From the IMG/VR virus record IMGVR_UViG_3300017917_001336, positions 32,001 to 96,000 of that record: 64,000 nt of DNA; one strand, written 5' to 3'. The stretch comes from a virus. The notes under the pieces were generated by a model. That model was given only the letters and a program-made list of their open reading frames with translations, did not search any database and was not told the origin of the DNA. The position numbers were made by a program, and so were the translations under genes. Of the stretch, positions 50,247-59,569 are shown piece after piece; the first letter of the stretch is position 1, and the number at the start of each line of letters is the position of its first letter.

Positions 50247-50440
50247 CAAATCCATCAAACCATGTAAGCGGAAATCCAGACGCACTACATTTAGATTTAG
50301 AAGTAATTGTATCAGAAGAAGATAATTCTGTTTATGTAAAATTTATTGGCTTTGATACCATTGAAGAAGCAGACGATTATGCAACCTACTTAACTGATAC
50401 ACTTCCGTTATTACTATTTGAGTCACAGGTGAAACATTGA
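50243..50440 (+). CDS. Hypothetical acidic protein
   Basis: ATGA overlap, AAGGA RBS. Confidence 0.6.
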   Translation: MTNPSNHVSGNPDALHLDLEVIVSEEDNSVYVKFIGFDTIEEADDYATYLTDTLPLLLFESQVKH

Positions 50441-50637
50441 AAACTAGAATTTTACACGATGGCAAAATTGTTGAAGAACTTGACGAAGCACGAGTGTATT
50501 CTATTAAGACAAGATGCCCCGATAAGTGGGTACTAATCGATATGGAAACAGGGGAGCAATACCGGCCATATCGAACAGATGGTAAAAATGATTGGGAACA
50601 AGTACATGCAGTTGAATGGAAAAGGGTTGATTACTAA
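50437..50637 (+). CDS. Hypothetical protein
   Basis: TTG start overlapping the upstream stop; TRCPDKWVLIDMETGE. Confidence 0.55.
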   Translation: MKTRILHDGKIVEELDEARVYSIKTRCPDKWVLIDMETGEQYRPYRTDGKNDWEQVHAVEWKRVDY

Positions 50638-51215
50638 TGCCTGATATTGATATTGACTTTGCTGACAGAACAAAGGCACTTGAGCATTTCAAGCATGTTA
50701 CTGCGGCTATTGAAGATAATAGTACTTTTAAAAAGCACAATACTGGAATATATTGTACTTCTGTGCCGCACAACCCGTTCACAGGGCTAAGTACAATAGA
50801 TTATAAAGAAGCAGAAGATAGAGGTTATTTCAAGATAGATTTCTTGAACGTTAGTGTATATGATAAAGTGCGTGACCGAGCACATCTTAAACAATTAATG
50901 GAGACTGAACCACTATGGGATCTACTGGAACAAGACGATTTCACGGATTTACTATTCCACGTAAATGGGCATGGGAGCTTATTGAGACAGATGAAGCCTA
51001 CTTCCATCGAAGAATTGGCAATGTGTCTCGCTTTAATCCGCCCAGCGAAGAAACACCTTATAGGGAAGGGATGGACGGAGATTGGGAAGACGATTTGGGA
51101 GAAGCCAGAGAACGGTGAGTATTACTTTAAGAAAGCTCACGCTATTGCTTACGCTCATGTTGTAGTAGTGCAAATGAACTTAATTTGTGAAAGTATTAGT
51201 TACGGATTTAGTTAA
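50637..51215 (+). CDS. Minimal DNA polymerase III alpha (DnaE, family C)-like protein
   Basis: MPDIDIDF, KHNTGIY, GYFKIDFL, MKPTSIEELA..LALIRP, YYFKKAHAIAYA in DnaE order. Confidence 0.85.
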   Translation: MPDIDIDFADRTKALEHFKHVTAAIEDNSTFKKHNTGIYCTSVPHNPFTGLSTIDYKEAEDRGYFKIDFLNVSVYDKVRDRAHLKQLMETEPLWDLLEQDDFTDLLFHVNGHGSLLRQMKPTSIEELAMCLALIRPAKKHLIGKGWTEIGKTIWEKPENGEYYFKKAHAIAYAHVVVVQMNLICESISYGFS

Positions 51216-51586
51216 CGAGTTTTTCTAACAAGTTGAACAGATTTACGTTTAACCCGCTTCATTGTTAAGTTCATTAAGTTTACTACAGGTCCTAGTATTA
51301 TTCGAACATCTTTGCTATTAAACGTCTTAATTGCGTATGCAAATGGTTGTATTTGATCCTTGCAAATAATACTAATGGGATACTGTCTATTTGATTCCCA
51401 CCACCAAGTTTCTCCTATTTCTAAAAATAGAGCTTGCTCTTCGGGGGATCTTATAGCGTTAAGATCGTAGAAACTTGTTACATACTGATCTTGATTAATT
51501 ATAATACCCACATACTCGCTATCGCCGTAGTTTAGTACGCTGATAAAGGGCATATTTTGTTCAATGTTGTCTCTTAATTTTGCCAT
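51212..51586 (-). CDS. Hypothetical protein
   Basis: 124 aa, ETWWWESNR; TATAAATA on the minus strand at 51633-51640. Confidence 0.7.
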   Translation of the reverse strand: MAKLRDNIEQNMPFISVLNYGDSEYVGIIINQDQYVTSFYDLNAIRSPEEQALFLEIGETWWWESNRQYPISIICKDQIQPFAYAIKTFNSKDVRIILGPVVNLMNLTMKRVKRKSVQLVRKTR

Positions 51587-51614
51587 AAATAGTATATAAA
51601 GGGTCTTGCCAGGT

Positions 51615-52703
51615 ATGCAAAAAATCTCAAGTTATTTATATCCGAATAGAGTAATACTATTAGCCGATTTGGCGGGCTTTCCTGTGGAGTGGACAAACGT
51701 GTACCAAAGAACAATAAAAATTTACAATGGCATTGATAATACTATCGAGTTTGATATTAAGAATGCTGATCAAAAACGTATCGATTTAGATACATTAACG
51801 AATATTGAATTGAATGTTATGGATGCCCAAGGGATTGCATTACCTAACAGCCCTTATACTATAACACCGTTTGATCAAACTAGCAGAAAAGGTTTAGCAT
51901 CTGTTACAATTCCGCAAGATGACTTAATTGATTTAACATCTCAAAATCTAAAGTATAGTGTGAGTGCTAATTCCAACGGAAACAACGTATTACTATATTG
52001 TGATAGTAGATTTGGTGCTGTAGGTACTATTGAGCTAGTCGGTAGTGCAATGCCTGTAGATAGAGCTAGTAGAACATATGATTCTTTTACCGCAGAAATT
52101 GATTTAAAAGGCTTCCCAACTTGGCATTCTAGTGCAATACCTACAAAATTTTATGAAGCAGTTCCTACAACAACATTACAGTTTGATATTGATGTTAAGG
52201 GGTTAACTGGAAACGTTTGGATTGAAGGCACTAAGAAAAGCACCATTAATACCGAAGCATTCAAAACTGGAGATATAGTATATTCTTTCTCAGATTGTAA
52301 TGACACTACTGACACACTTTCTTCGCCAGCTTTGAATATAGGTGATTATCAATATTTTAGAGTTTCTTATGCTACACAACTTGGAAACGGCATTGGTGCA
52401 GCATTTGCAGTTACTCAGCGAGATGGCGACTATGATGTAGTTGTTAGAGCAGGCGGAACTGGTTATGCTGTAGGAAGTCAAATTAAAATTTTTGGTAGCT
52501 TAATTGGCGGAACTGACGGTGTGAACGATCTAATTATAACGGTTACCCAAGTTGACGGCGCATCAACTGGATACATTTCAAGTTATTCTGTTAGTTCAGC
52601 TTCTGGTATTTCTTGGACAGGTAATGCAGCACCTGGCTCGTCAACATTTGTAGTAACGGGCAAAAATATTACCGGAACTGTTGACAAAGTTACAGTAAAT
52701 TAA
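51615..52703 (+). CDS. Probable structural (baseplate-like, Ig-fold) protein
   Basis: IKIYNGIDNTIEFDIKNADQK, GGTGYAVG..I..GGTDG.NDL.ITVT; TAAATA at 51586. Confidence 0.55.
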   Translation: MQKISSYLYPNRVILLADLAGFPVEWTNVYQRTIKIYNGIDNTIEFDIKNADQKRIDLDTLTNIELNVMDAQGIALPNSPYTITPFDQTSRKGLASVTIPQDDLIDLTSQNLKYSVSANSNGNNVLLYCDSRFGAVGTIELVGSAMPVDRASRTYDSFTAEIDLKGFPTWHSSAIPTKFYEAVPTTTLQFDIDVKGLTGNVWIEGTKKSTINTEAFKTGDIVYSFSDCNDTTDTLSSPALNIGDYQYFRVSYATQLGNGIGAAFAVTQRDGDYDVVVRAGGTGYAVGSQIKIFGSLIGGTDGVNDLIITVTQVDGASTGYISSYSVSSASGISWTGNAAPGSSTFVVTGKNITGTVDKVTVN

Positions 52704-52710
52704 GTATAAT
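52681..52710 (+). promoter_or_regulatory. Sigma70-type promoter of the primase gene
   Basis: TTGACA-18nt-TATAAT; ATG 6 nt downstream. Confidence 0.7.
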
Positions 52711-52716
52711 AGTGCT

Positions 52717-53721
52717 ATGAGCCTCATAGCCGATACTTTACTAACTTATCTTCCTGCTAAAAAGAAACACACTCCAAGTGGTTGGATTAGTTTTAACGCA
52801 CCCTGTTGTGGTGATAAGCGTATGCGTGGCGGATTTATTGTTAACGCAGGCGATGCAGTAAGTTATCATTGTTTTAATTGCGGGTTCAAAGCAAGTTGGC
52901 AACCTGGCCGAACAATCAGTCAAAAGATGAATAAACTCATGCGGGATTTGAACATGCCCGATGATGTTATTAGCCAATTAAGATTAGAAGCATTGCGTCT
53001 TAATGAAAATTCAAACGCAACTGTGAGACAAGTTATTCCAACATTCGAAGAACGTGCTTTGCCAATGGACGCAAAGAGTTTAGAAGAATGGAGTACCTGG
53101 ATTGAGCTACAGGGTTGGGAAAATACTGACCAAGAACTAATCAATGCGTTTTGTTATTTACGAAACAACCGAGCAATAGATCCATATTCATATCCGTTTT
53201 ATTGGACTAACAAAATAGGATTTAAAAATAGAATTATTATTCCTTTTTATAAAGACGGCAAAGTTGTAGGCTATACTGCCCGTGCTACTAATGATGCTAA
53301 ACCTAAGTTTATTAGTGAACAACAACCAGGTTATGTTTTTAATTTAGATAGACAAACGCAGGATAAAGAATTCGTAATTGTATGTGAAGGCCCATTTGAT
53401 GCGATAAGTATTGACGGCTGTGCAATTTTAGGTGCAGAAATTAAAGATAGTCAAAACTGGTTATTAAAACAACTAGGCAAAGAAATTATCTTAGTACCAG
53501 ATAGAGACCATGAAGGCCCACGTACAGTAGAACAAGCACTAGAATTTGGTTGGTCAGTTAGCATGCCTGAATGGTCCGACGGCGTTAAAGACGTTAATGA
53601 CGCAGTTAAAAAATATGGACGTTTAGCAACACTATATTTGATTTTGCAATCACGAGAATCAAATAACCTTAAAATACAACTAAAGGCAAAGAAATGGTTC
53701 AAGGAACAAGAGAATGTATAA
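52717..53721 (+). CDS. DNA primase (gp61/DnaG-like)
   Basis: PCC...YHCFNCG Zn ribbon, RIIIPF..VGYTAR, CEGPFDA and PDRD Toprim motifs, KDVND. Confidence 0.88.
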   Translation: MSLIADTLLTYLPAKKKHTPSGWISFNAPCCGDKRMRGGFIVNAGDAVSYHCFNCGFKASWQPGRTISQKMNKLMRDLNMPDDVISQLRLEALRLNENSNATVRQVIPTFEERALPMDAKSLEEWSTWIELQGWENTDQELINAFCYLRNNRAIDPYSYPFYWTNKIGFKNRIIIPFYKDGKVVGYTARATNDAKPKFISEQQPGYVFNLDRQTQDKEFVIVCEGPFDAISIDGCAILGAEIKDSQNWLLKQLGKEIILVPDRDHEGPRTVEQALEFGWSVSMPEWSDGVKDVNDAVKKYGRLATLYLILQSRESNNLKIQLKAKKWFKEQENV

Positions 53722-53827
53722 ACTTTGGCAATTCTTAAAAAACCCGTTTACGTATATTCAAAATCGTAGATTGCTCAAGAAACGACTCGACGAGTTGCGT
53801 AAAAGAGATCCGTTTATATACAAATGA
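53714..53827 (+). CDS. Small basic protein (37 aa), not in the ORF track
   Basis: MYKLWQFLKNPFTYIQNRRLLKKRLDELRKRDPFIYK; fills the gap exactly, AAGGA upstream, ATGA overlap with the next gene. Confidence 0.65.
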   Translation: MYKLWQFLKNPFTYIQNRRLLKKRLDELRKRDPFIYK

Positions 53828-54771
53828 TTGAATGGGGAATAAATGCTCTAAACCACGGCAGTAGTTTAGCCGTGTTTAAGAGTGGAGAATATAAAGCTAA
53901 TATGATAGCTAATACTGACGAGATTCCGAGCGAAATAATTCGTTCAGCATTAGATTACGGGTCTCCAGATAAAATATACTGGTACGAAAATCCATGGACG
54001 AAAAAGGCTAGACAAATTTACGCAGGACAATATAAGACAGCAATTGATTTGTCTGTGCTTCCAAGTAAATATCTTAAACGTGCGAGGCTAGACTATGCAT
54101 CCTTATATTATACTCCTCATCATGCTAGTCATGCTGCCGCTGGGTATTATACTAGTCCTTTCAACCATACTGCGATTGTGGTTTTAGATGCTATTGGCGA
54201 ATTTGATTGTGCAAGTATTTGGGAAGGAAAACACGGAGAAATTCGGAAAGTGTGGAGCAAACGTTATCCACATAGTTTAGGATTATTTTATTCAGCCTTT
54301 ACAAAATTACTTGGATTAGAGCCAATTAAACAGGAATTTTTATTACAACAAATGAGCGATCAAGGAAACCCTAATAAGTATTATTTTGATGTAAAAGAGT
54401 ATATAGGTACGTTAGTGCAAGCTCATAAAAATATGCATAGAGGCATTAACGATTGGCCGCATGAAATTAAAAATTTACAAGATCAATGTGATATTGCAGC
54501 CGCAGTTCAAGAAATATTTACAGAACAAGTAGATATGGTAATGAAACAAGCTATCGAGCTGACTGGCGCTGATTCTTTGGTGTACATGGGCGGTTGTGCT
54601 ATGAATAGTAAAACAAACAAACAAGTTGTCGAACCTAAATTTAAATGGATTTGGTCATTGCCAAATCCCGGCGATCCTTCTAGTTCAATTGGTGCAGTTA
54701 CATATCACAATAAACAACGAGTCTGGCGTAATGATTGGACACCAATCAAACATATTGCTATTAAGGTATAA
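53824..54771 (+). CDS. Carbamoyltransferase N-terminal (Kae1-like) domain only
   Basis: HHASHAAAGYY, VVLDAIGE, HSLGLFYSAFT, DIAAAVQ, GGCAMN, PNPGD.SSSIGA; no C-terminal GPRALG domain. Confidence 0.85.
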   Translation: MIEWGINALNHGSSLAVFKSGEYKANMIANTDEIPSEIIRSALDYGSPDKIYWYENPWTKKARQIYAGQYKTAIDLSVLPSKYLKRARLDYASLYYTPHHASHAAAGYYTSPFNHTAIVVLDAIGEFDCASIWEGKHGEIRKVWSKRYPHSLGLFYSAFTKLLGLEPIKQEFLLQQMSDQGNPNKYYFDVKEYIGTLVQAHKNMHRGINDWPHEIKNLQDQCDIAAAVQEIFTEQVDMVMKQAIELTGADSLVYMGGCAMNSKTNKQVVEPKFKWIWSLPNPGDPSSSIGAVTYHNKQRVWRNDWTPIKHIAIKV

Positions 54772-54783
54772 AGATAATATAAT
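54755..54783 (+). promoter_or_regulatory. Sigma70-type promoter of the helicase gene
   Basis: TTGCTA-17nt-TATAAT; ATG 6 nt downstream. Confidence 0.6.
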
Positions 54784-54789
54784 ATAACA

Positions 54790-56220
54790 ATGAAACAAAA
54801 TACAGATTACGGTTACGATATTCAAAAAGTATATTTAGAAATGATGCTTGCAGATGCAGCAACATTTGCTCGATGTCAAACAATTTTTGATCCTAGCTTG
54901 TTTGATAGAAAATTGCAACTAGGCGCAGAGTTTATCAATGAATATATTAAAGAACATTCAGTGATGCCAACTGAAGAGATTGTAAATGCTGCTACCAGCA
55001 TGAATTTTAAAGTTCCACACGATTTAAGAGAAGAGCACTTTGATTGGCTATTAAACGATTTTGAAACTTTTACAAGGCACAAAGGTCTTGAACGTGCTAT
55101 CCTTGAATCAGCAGACATGTTAGAAAAAGGTGAGTACGGAACTGTAGAAGAAAAAATTAAAAAAGCAGTACAAGTTGGTCTAACCAAAGACATGGGCACT
55201 GATTACTGGGCTGATCCTAGGGCCCGTCTAATGAAAATCAAAGATAAGAATGGTCAAATTAGTACAGGCTGGAAGTCAGTTGATGACAAACTATTTGGCG
55301 GAATGAATCGAGGCGAATTGAATATTTTTGCGGCAGCTTCGGGTGGCGGTAAGTCTTTGTTCCTTGCAAACTTAGGTGTTAACTGGGCAATGGCAGGATT
55401 AAATGTAATTTACTTAACACTTGAACTTAGTGAAGAACTAGTGTCAATGCGTGTTGATTCGATGATTACAGGAATTCCAACTAGAGAAATTTTTAAGAGT
55501 CTTGATGATGTAGAAATGAAAGTTAAAATGATTGGTAAAAAATCTGGTAGCTTTCAAGTCAAGTACATGCCAAGCGGTAAAACAGCAAACGATATTAGAA
55601 GTTATCTAAAAGAATATGAAATTAGAATGGGCCAAAAGTGTGATGTATTGTTAGTTGACTACTTAGACTTGTTAATGCCAATGAGTAAGAAGATTTCAGC
55701 AGAAAACTTGTTTATTAAAGACAAGTATGTCTCTGAAGAATTGCGTAACTTAGCAATGGAAAAGAATTGTATTTTTGTAACTGCGGCACAGTTAAATCGC
55801 GGAGCAGTTGAAGAAGTAGAATTTGATCATTCACACATTTCAGGTGGACTATCTAAAATCCAAACCGCAGATAATGTAATTGGTATCTTTACTAGTCGTG
55901 CAATGCGTGAACGTGGACGTTATCAAATTCAATTTATGAAAACACGTAGTTCTAGTGGTGTTGGACAAAAAATTGATTTAGAATTTAACATTGATACTTT
56001 AAGAATTACTGATCTTGAACAAGAAGATAGTTATGGCAATAGTAGCGTACAAAGTGCAGGTAGCACACTATTGGCTAGTATTAAAAATCGAGCAACCGTT
56101 GATGCCCAAACTGGAGAAATTGATCCAAACAGTTTAACACCAGTACCAAAAATTAAAGCACAAGTTGAATCGAGTAAACTAAGAGAATTACTTAACAATT
56201 TACCATCCGACGATCTTTGA
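54790..56220 (+). CDS. Replicative DnaB-family helicase (gp41-like)
   Basis: STGW..D..LFGG..RGELNIFAAASGGGKS, YLTLELSE, VDYLDL, TAAQLNR, KTRSS. Confidence 0.93.
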   Translation: MKQNTDYGYDIQKVYLEMMLADAATFARCQTIFDPSLFDRKLQLGAEFINEYIKEHSVMPTEEIVNAATSMNFKVPHDLREEHFDWLLNDFETFTRHKGLERAILESADMLEKGEYGTVEEKIKKAVQVGLTKDMGTDYWADPRARLMKIKDKNGQISTGWKSVDDKLFGGMNRGELNIFAAASGGGKSLFLANLGVNWAMAGLNVIYLTLELSEELVSMRVDSMITGIPTREIFKSLDDVEMKVKMIGKKSGSFQVKYMPSGKTANDIRSYLKEYEIRMGQKCDVLLVDYLDLLMPMSKKISAENLFIKDKYVSEELRNLAMEKNCIFVTAAQLNRGAVEEVEFDHSHISGGLSKIQTADNVIGIFTSRAMRERGRYQIQFMKTRSSSGVGQKIDLEFNIDTLRITDLEQEDSYGNSSVQSAGSTLLASIKNRATVDAQTGEIDPNSLTPVPKIKAQVESSKLRELLNNLPSDDL

Positions 56221-56278
56221 TTATCTGGCAGTTTATTGTAAAATTAATAAATACGCATATAACTGCTAGGAAACCGCC

Positions 56279-56722
56279 ATGGAATTGCACCACATCAAAG
56301 ATTTATCTGACCCTCTTGTTAAAGTAATTAAGGACGATCCCGTTCGCCCACACATCCCATTAGAACAAAGAATTAATGATGCTGCTGAAATTTTAATTCT
56401 TAAGGCAGGAGAAGAAATTCTTGCGGCTACTTGTATGCAGTGGTTAAAAGACATTCCTGAAGACGAACAAGATCTAGTTGAAATGGAAAAGGATAAAGAA
56501 GTAGCAGTATTCTATACTATTTGGAGTTATAAGCCAGGTGCAGGACAAGCATTGATTAAACAAGCTGCAGATTGGTTATTAAGCGAATATAAGGATATTA
56601 AAAACATTGTTACGCTAAGTCCACAAACAGAAATGGCTCGTCGTTTCCACCATAAAAACGGTGCTAAAACTCTACGAGAAAATCAAACAAGTGTTAATTA
56701 CGAATATTACTCAAAAAAGTAA
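56279..56722 (+). CDS. GNAT-fold-like protein
   Basis: FYTIWSYKPGAGQALI...VTLSP..EMARRFH.KNGA resembles GNAT motifs A/B. Confidence 0.5.
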   Translation: MELHHIKDLSDPLVKVIKDDPVRPHIPLEQRINDAAEILILKAGEEILAATCMQWLKDIPEDEQDLVEMEKDKEVAVFYTIWSYKPGAGQALIKQAADWLLSEYKDIKNIVTLSPQTEMARRFHHKNGAKTLRENQTSVNYEYYSKK

Positions 56723-56740
56723 CTAGTAAATCACACAAAT

Positions 56741-56764
56741 AAACCCCGAAAGGGGTTTTTCTTT
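56741..56764 (+). terminator. Rho-independent terminator
   Basis: AAACCCC-GAAA-GGGGTTTTTCTTT. Confidence 0.9.
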
Positions 56765-56803
56765 GGGCGATAAATACAGTACCTATTCAAGGACTGTGAC
56801 CTA

Positions 56804-59569
56804 ATGAAACACGTAAGATTACCGGCGTATGACGCTTACGATTTAGATAGACTAAGCTATTCTAACGGCGAATTAGTAAATGATACAACTAATGCGATTA
56901 TCCGTTATATGGACGGAGAAACCCCTGGCGGCTTTAAAATTGCTACCCAAGACTATGTGCAGGCTAATGCTATTACACAGTCTAACTTAGATTCAGCATT
57001 AACTGTAAAATTACAACCATATGCAAAAACAACAGATTTAGCACCATACGCTCTTACAGTTGATGTAAACAATGCGATTGCTGCTATTCCAGTTTACTCA
57101 TTACCAACTGCATCTACCTCAATTAAAGGTGGTGTTAAGGTTGATGGTACAACGATTCTTATCGATGGTAATGGTGTTATTAGCGGTGCTAATCAATATG
57201 TGTTGCCAACAGCCGGTGTAGGATCAGGTGGAACAAAAGGTGGTGTTAAGGTAGACGGCACAACAATTCTTATTGATGGCAACGGTGTTATCAGTGGTGC
57301 TAACCAATATGTACTTCCTACAGCATCTACTACAGTTAAAGGTGGGGTTATTATACCTGCTGTGGGGACTAGCGGTCTTAACAACTCAGCAGGATCGATT
57401 ACACTAGCTACTGCTAGCACTACACAGTTAGGTGGTGTTAAAGTTGATGGTACAACTATTACTATCAGTAATGGAGTTATCAGCGGTAGTAATCAATACG
57501 TATTACCAACTGCAACAACATCAGTTTTAGGCGGCGTAACTGTTCCTGCAACAGCTAACTCAGGTTTAACAAATACATCAGGTGCAATACGTATTGCAAC
57601 AGCTAGTACAAACCAAATTGGTGGTGTTAAAGTAGACGGTGTTACAATTACTATTAACGGTTCTGGTGTTATTTCTGCTAACATTACAGGTGCAATTATT
57701 TTCCAAGGCGGTTGGGATGCTAGTCTTAACAGTCCAACCCTAAACAACTCTAGTGGTGCATTTAACGTAAACGGTTATGAATTTGTTACAACTGTAGCTG
57801 GTACAGTAAACTTTGGTGCAGGTAACGTAACATTTGCTGTTGGTGATAACGTAATTTATGATGGTACTAAATGGGTTAAAGTTCCTATTGGTTCAAGTGC
57901 TGGACAAACTAATAGTATATTAACAGTTAACAACTCAGGCACAGGTGATGCAAGTGGTACAACTTTTAATGGTTCTTCTCCTATAACAATCAGTTACAAC
58001 TCAGTAGGAGCAAGTCCGTTAGCTGGAAGTAGTAGTTTAACAACTGTAGGCACAATAACATCTGGTACATGGAGCGGCAATATTATTAGCCCAACTTACG
58101 GCGGTACTGGGATTAACAATGGCTCTTATACATTAACAATTACAGGCGCCAACAGAACATTAGATCAAAACGTATCGTCAGGTTCTAGCCCATCATTTGA
58201 CGGAACAAACTTTTCTGGAACTGCATCAAGTTTATCAGTAGGGTCAGCTTCAAATGCAACATCAGCAACATCAGCAGGTAAGTCAACAAACATTGCTGGT
58301 GGTACTGCTAATAGAATTCCTTATCAAACTGCTGCAGATACAACAAGTTTTATTGCTGCACCTGCAGACGGTACATTCCTTAATTATACTACAGCAGGTG
58401 GACTAGCATGGACTAGTACAATAGCGGCTACTACTGCAACAAACGTAAGTGGTGGTGCAGCCAACAGAATTGTATATCAAACAGGTGCTAGTACTACAGG
58501 ATTTATAGCTGCGCCAGCAAGTACCAACACATACTTACAATGGAACGGAACAGCGTTTGTGTTTGCCGCAGTTTCTGGTGCAACTGGTGGTACAGTAACA
58601 TCTGTTAGTGGTACTGGTACAGTTAGCGGTATAACATTATCAGGTACTGTAACATCTACTGGTAACTTAACATTAGGCGGCTCTTTAAGTTTAGTAAGCC
58701 CTCCTGCAATTGGTTCAACAACACCAAACACCGGTGCATTTACTATCCTTACAGTTAACTCAGCTTCAACTTCAGCAGTTACACTAAGCCCAACAGGAAC
58801 TGGTACAGTAACTATAAACCCAACAACTGCTGGTACAATTAATAACATGAGTATTGGTGCTACAACAGCATCAACTGGACGCTTTACAACAATTACGTCA
58901 ACTGTTACTACTGGTACTGCTCCATTTACTGTTGCTTCAAGCACTAACGTGGCTAACTTAAATGCTAGTTCGTTAAACGGTGCAACTTTTGCAAGCCCCG
59001 GACAAATCGGTTCAGTTACTGCATCGTCAGGAAGATTTACTACTATTGAATCAACAGTAACAACAGGTACTGCACCATTTACAGTAGCGTCTACAACTAA
59101 CGTGGTCAACTTAAACGCTAGTTCACTGAATGGTGCAACGTTTGCAAGTCCAGGATCAATTGGTAGTAGCGTAGCAGGCAGTGGTGCATTTACTACTGTA
59201 ACTGCTACAACAAGCGTTAAGGCCAGTGGTAGTGGTGGTGTTGGTTATAACACAGGTGCTGCCGCAGGTGGTACTGTAACACAGTTAGTTTCACGTACAA
59301 CAGGTGTTACCCTTAACAAAATTACTGGACAAATTACTTTGTTTACAGCAGCTGGTGATAACACTCAATGGTTAACATTTACAGTTACTAATAGTACTGT
59401 AGTCGCAACTGACGTTGTTATTGTTACTGGAGATACTGCTACTAACAAATATATTGCCAACGTGTCTAATGTAACTGCAGGATCGTTTGATATTACTTAC
59501 TTCTCTTTTGGTACAGCTATTGATGCACCAACATTTAACTTTGCTGTAATCAAAGGATCAAATAACTAA
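56804..59569 (+). CDS. Repetitive fibre-like structural protein
   Basis: Repeats YVLPTA.T...GGVKVDGTTI.I..NGVISGA and STVTTGTAPFTVAS.TNV.NLNASSLNGATFASPG; TAAATA at 56771. Confidence 0.75.
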   Translation: MKHVRLPAYDAYDLDRLSYSNGELVNDTTNAIIRYMDGETPGGFKIATQDYVQANAITQSNLDSALTVKLQPYAKTTDLAPYALTVDVNNAIAAIPVYSLPTASTSIKGGVKVDGTTILIDGNGVISGANQYVLPTAGVGSGGTKGGVKVDGTTILIDGNGVISGANQYVLPTASTTVKGGVIIPAVGTSGLNNSAGSITLATASTTQLGGVKVDGTTITISNGVISGSNQYVLPTATTSVLGGVTVPATANSGLTNTSGAIRIATASTNQIGGVKVDGVTITINGSGVISANITGAIIFQGGWDASLNSPTLNNSSGAFNVNGYEFVTTVAGTVNFGAGNVTFAVGDNVIYDGTKWVKVPIGSSAGQTNSILTVNNSGTGDASGTTFNGSSPITISYNSVGASPLAGSSSLTTVGTITSGTWSGNIISPTYGGTGINNGSYTLTITGANRTLDQNVSSGSSPSFDGTNFSGTASSLSVGSASNATSATSAGKSTNIAGGTANRIPYQTAADTTSFIAAPADGTFLNYTTAGGLAWTSTIAATTATNVSGGAANRIVYQTGASTTGFIAAPASTNTYLQWNGTAFVFAAVSGATGGTVTSVSGTGTVSGITLSGTVTSTGNLTLGGSLSLVSPPAIGSTTPNTGAFTILTVNSASTSAVTLSPTGTGTVTINPTTAGTINNMSIGATTASTGRFTTITSTVTTGTAPFTVASSTNVANLNASSLNGATFASPGQIGSVTASSGRFTTIESTVTTGTAPFTVASTTNVVNLNASSLNGATFASPGSIGSSVAGSGAFTTVTATTSVKASGSGGVGYNTGAAAGGTVTQLVSRTTGVTLNKITGQITLFTAAGDNTQWLTFTVTNSTVVATDVVIVTGDTATNKYIANVSNVTAGSFDITYFSFGTAIDAPTFNFAVIKGSNN

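Noticed and set aside
37984-56220. Introns or inteins in terminase, UvsX, UvsW, primase or helicase
   Set aside because: All have ordinary lengths and contiguous motifs.
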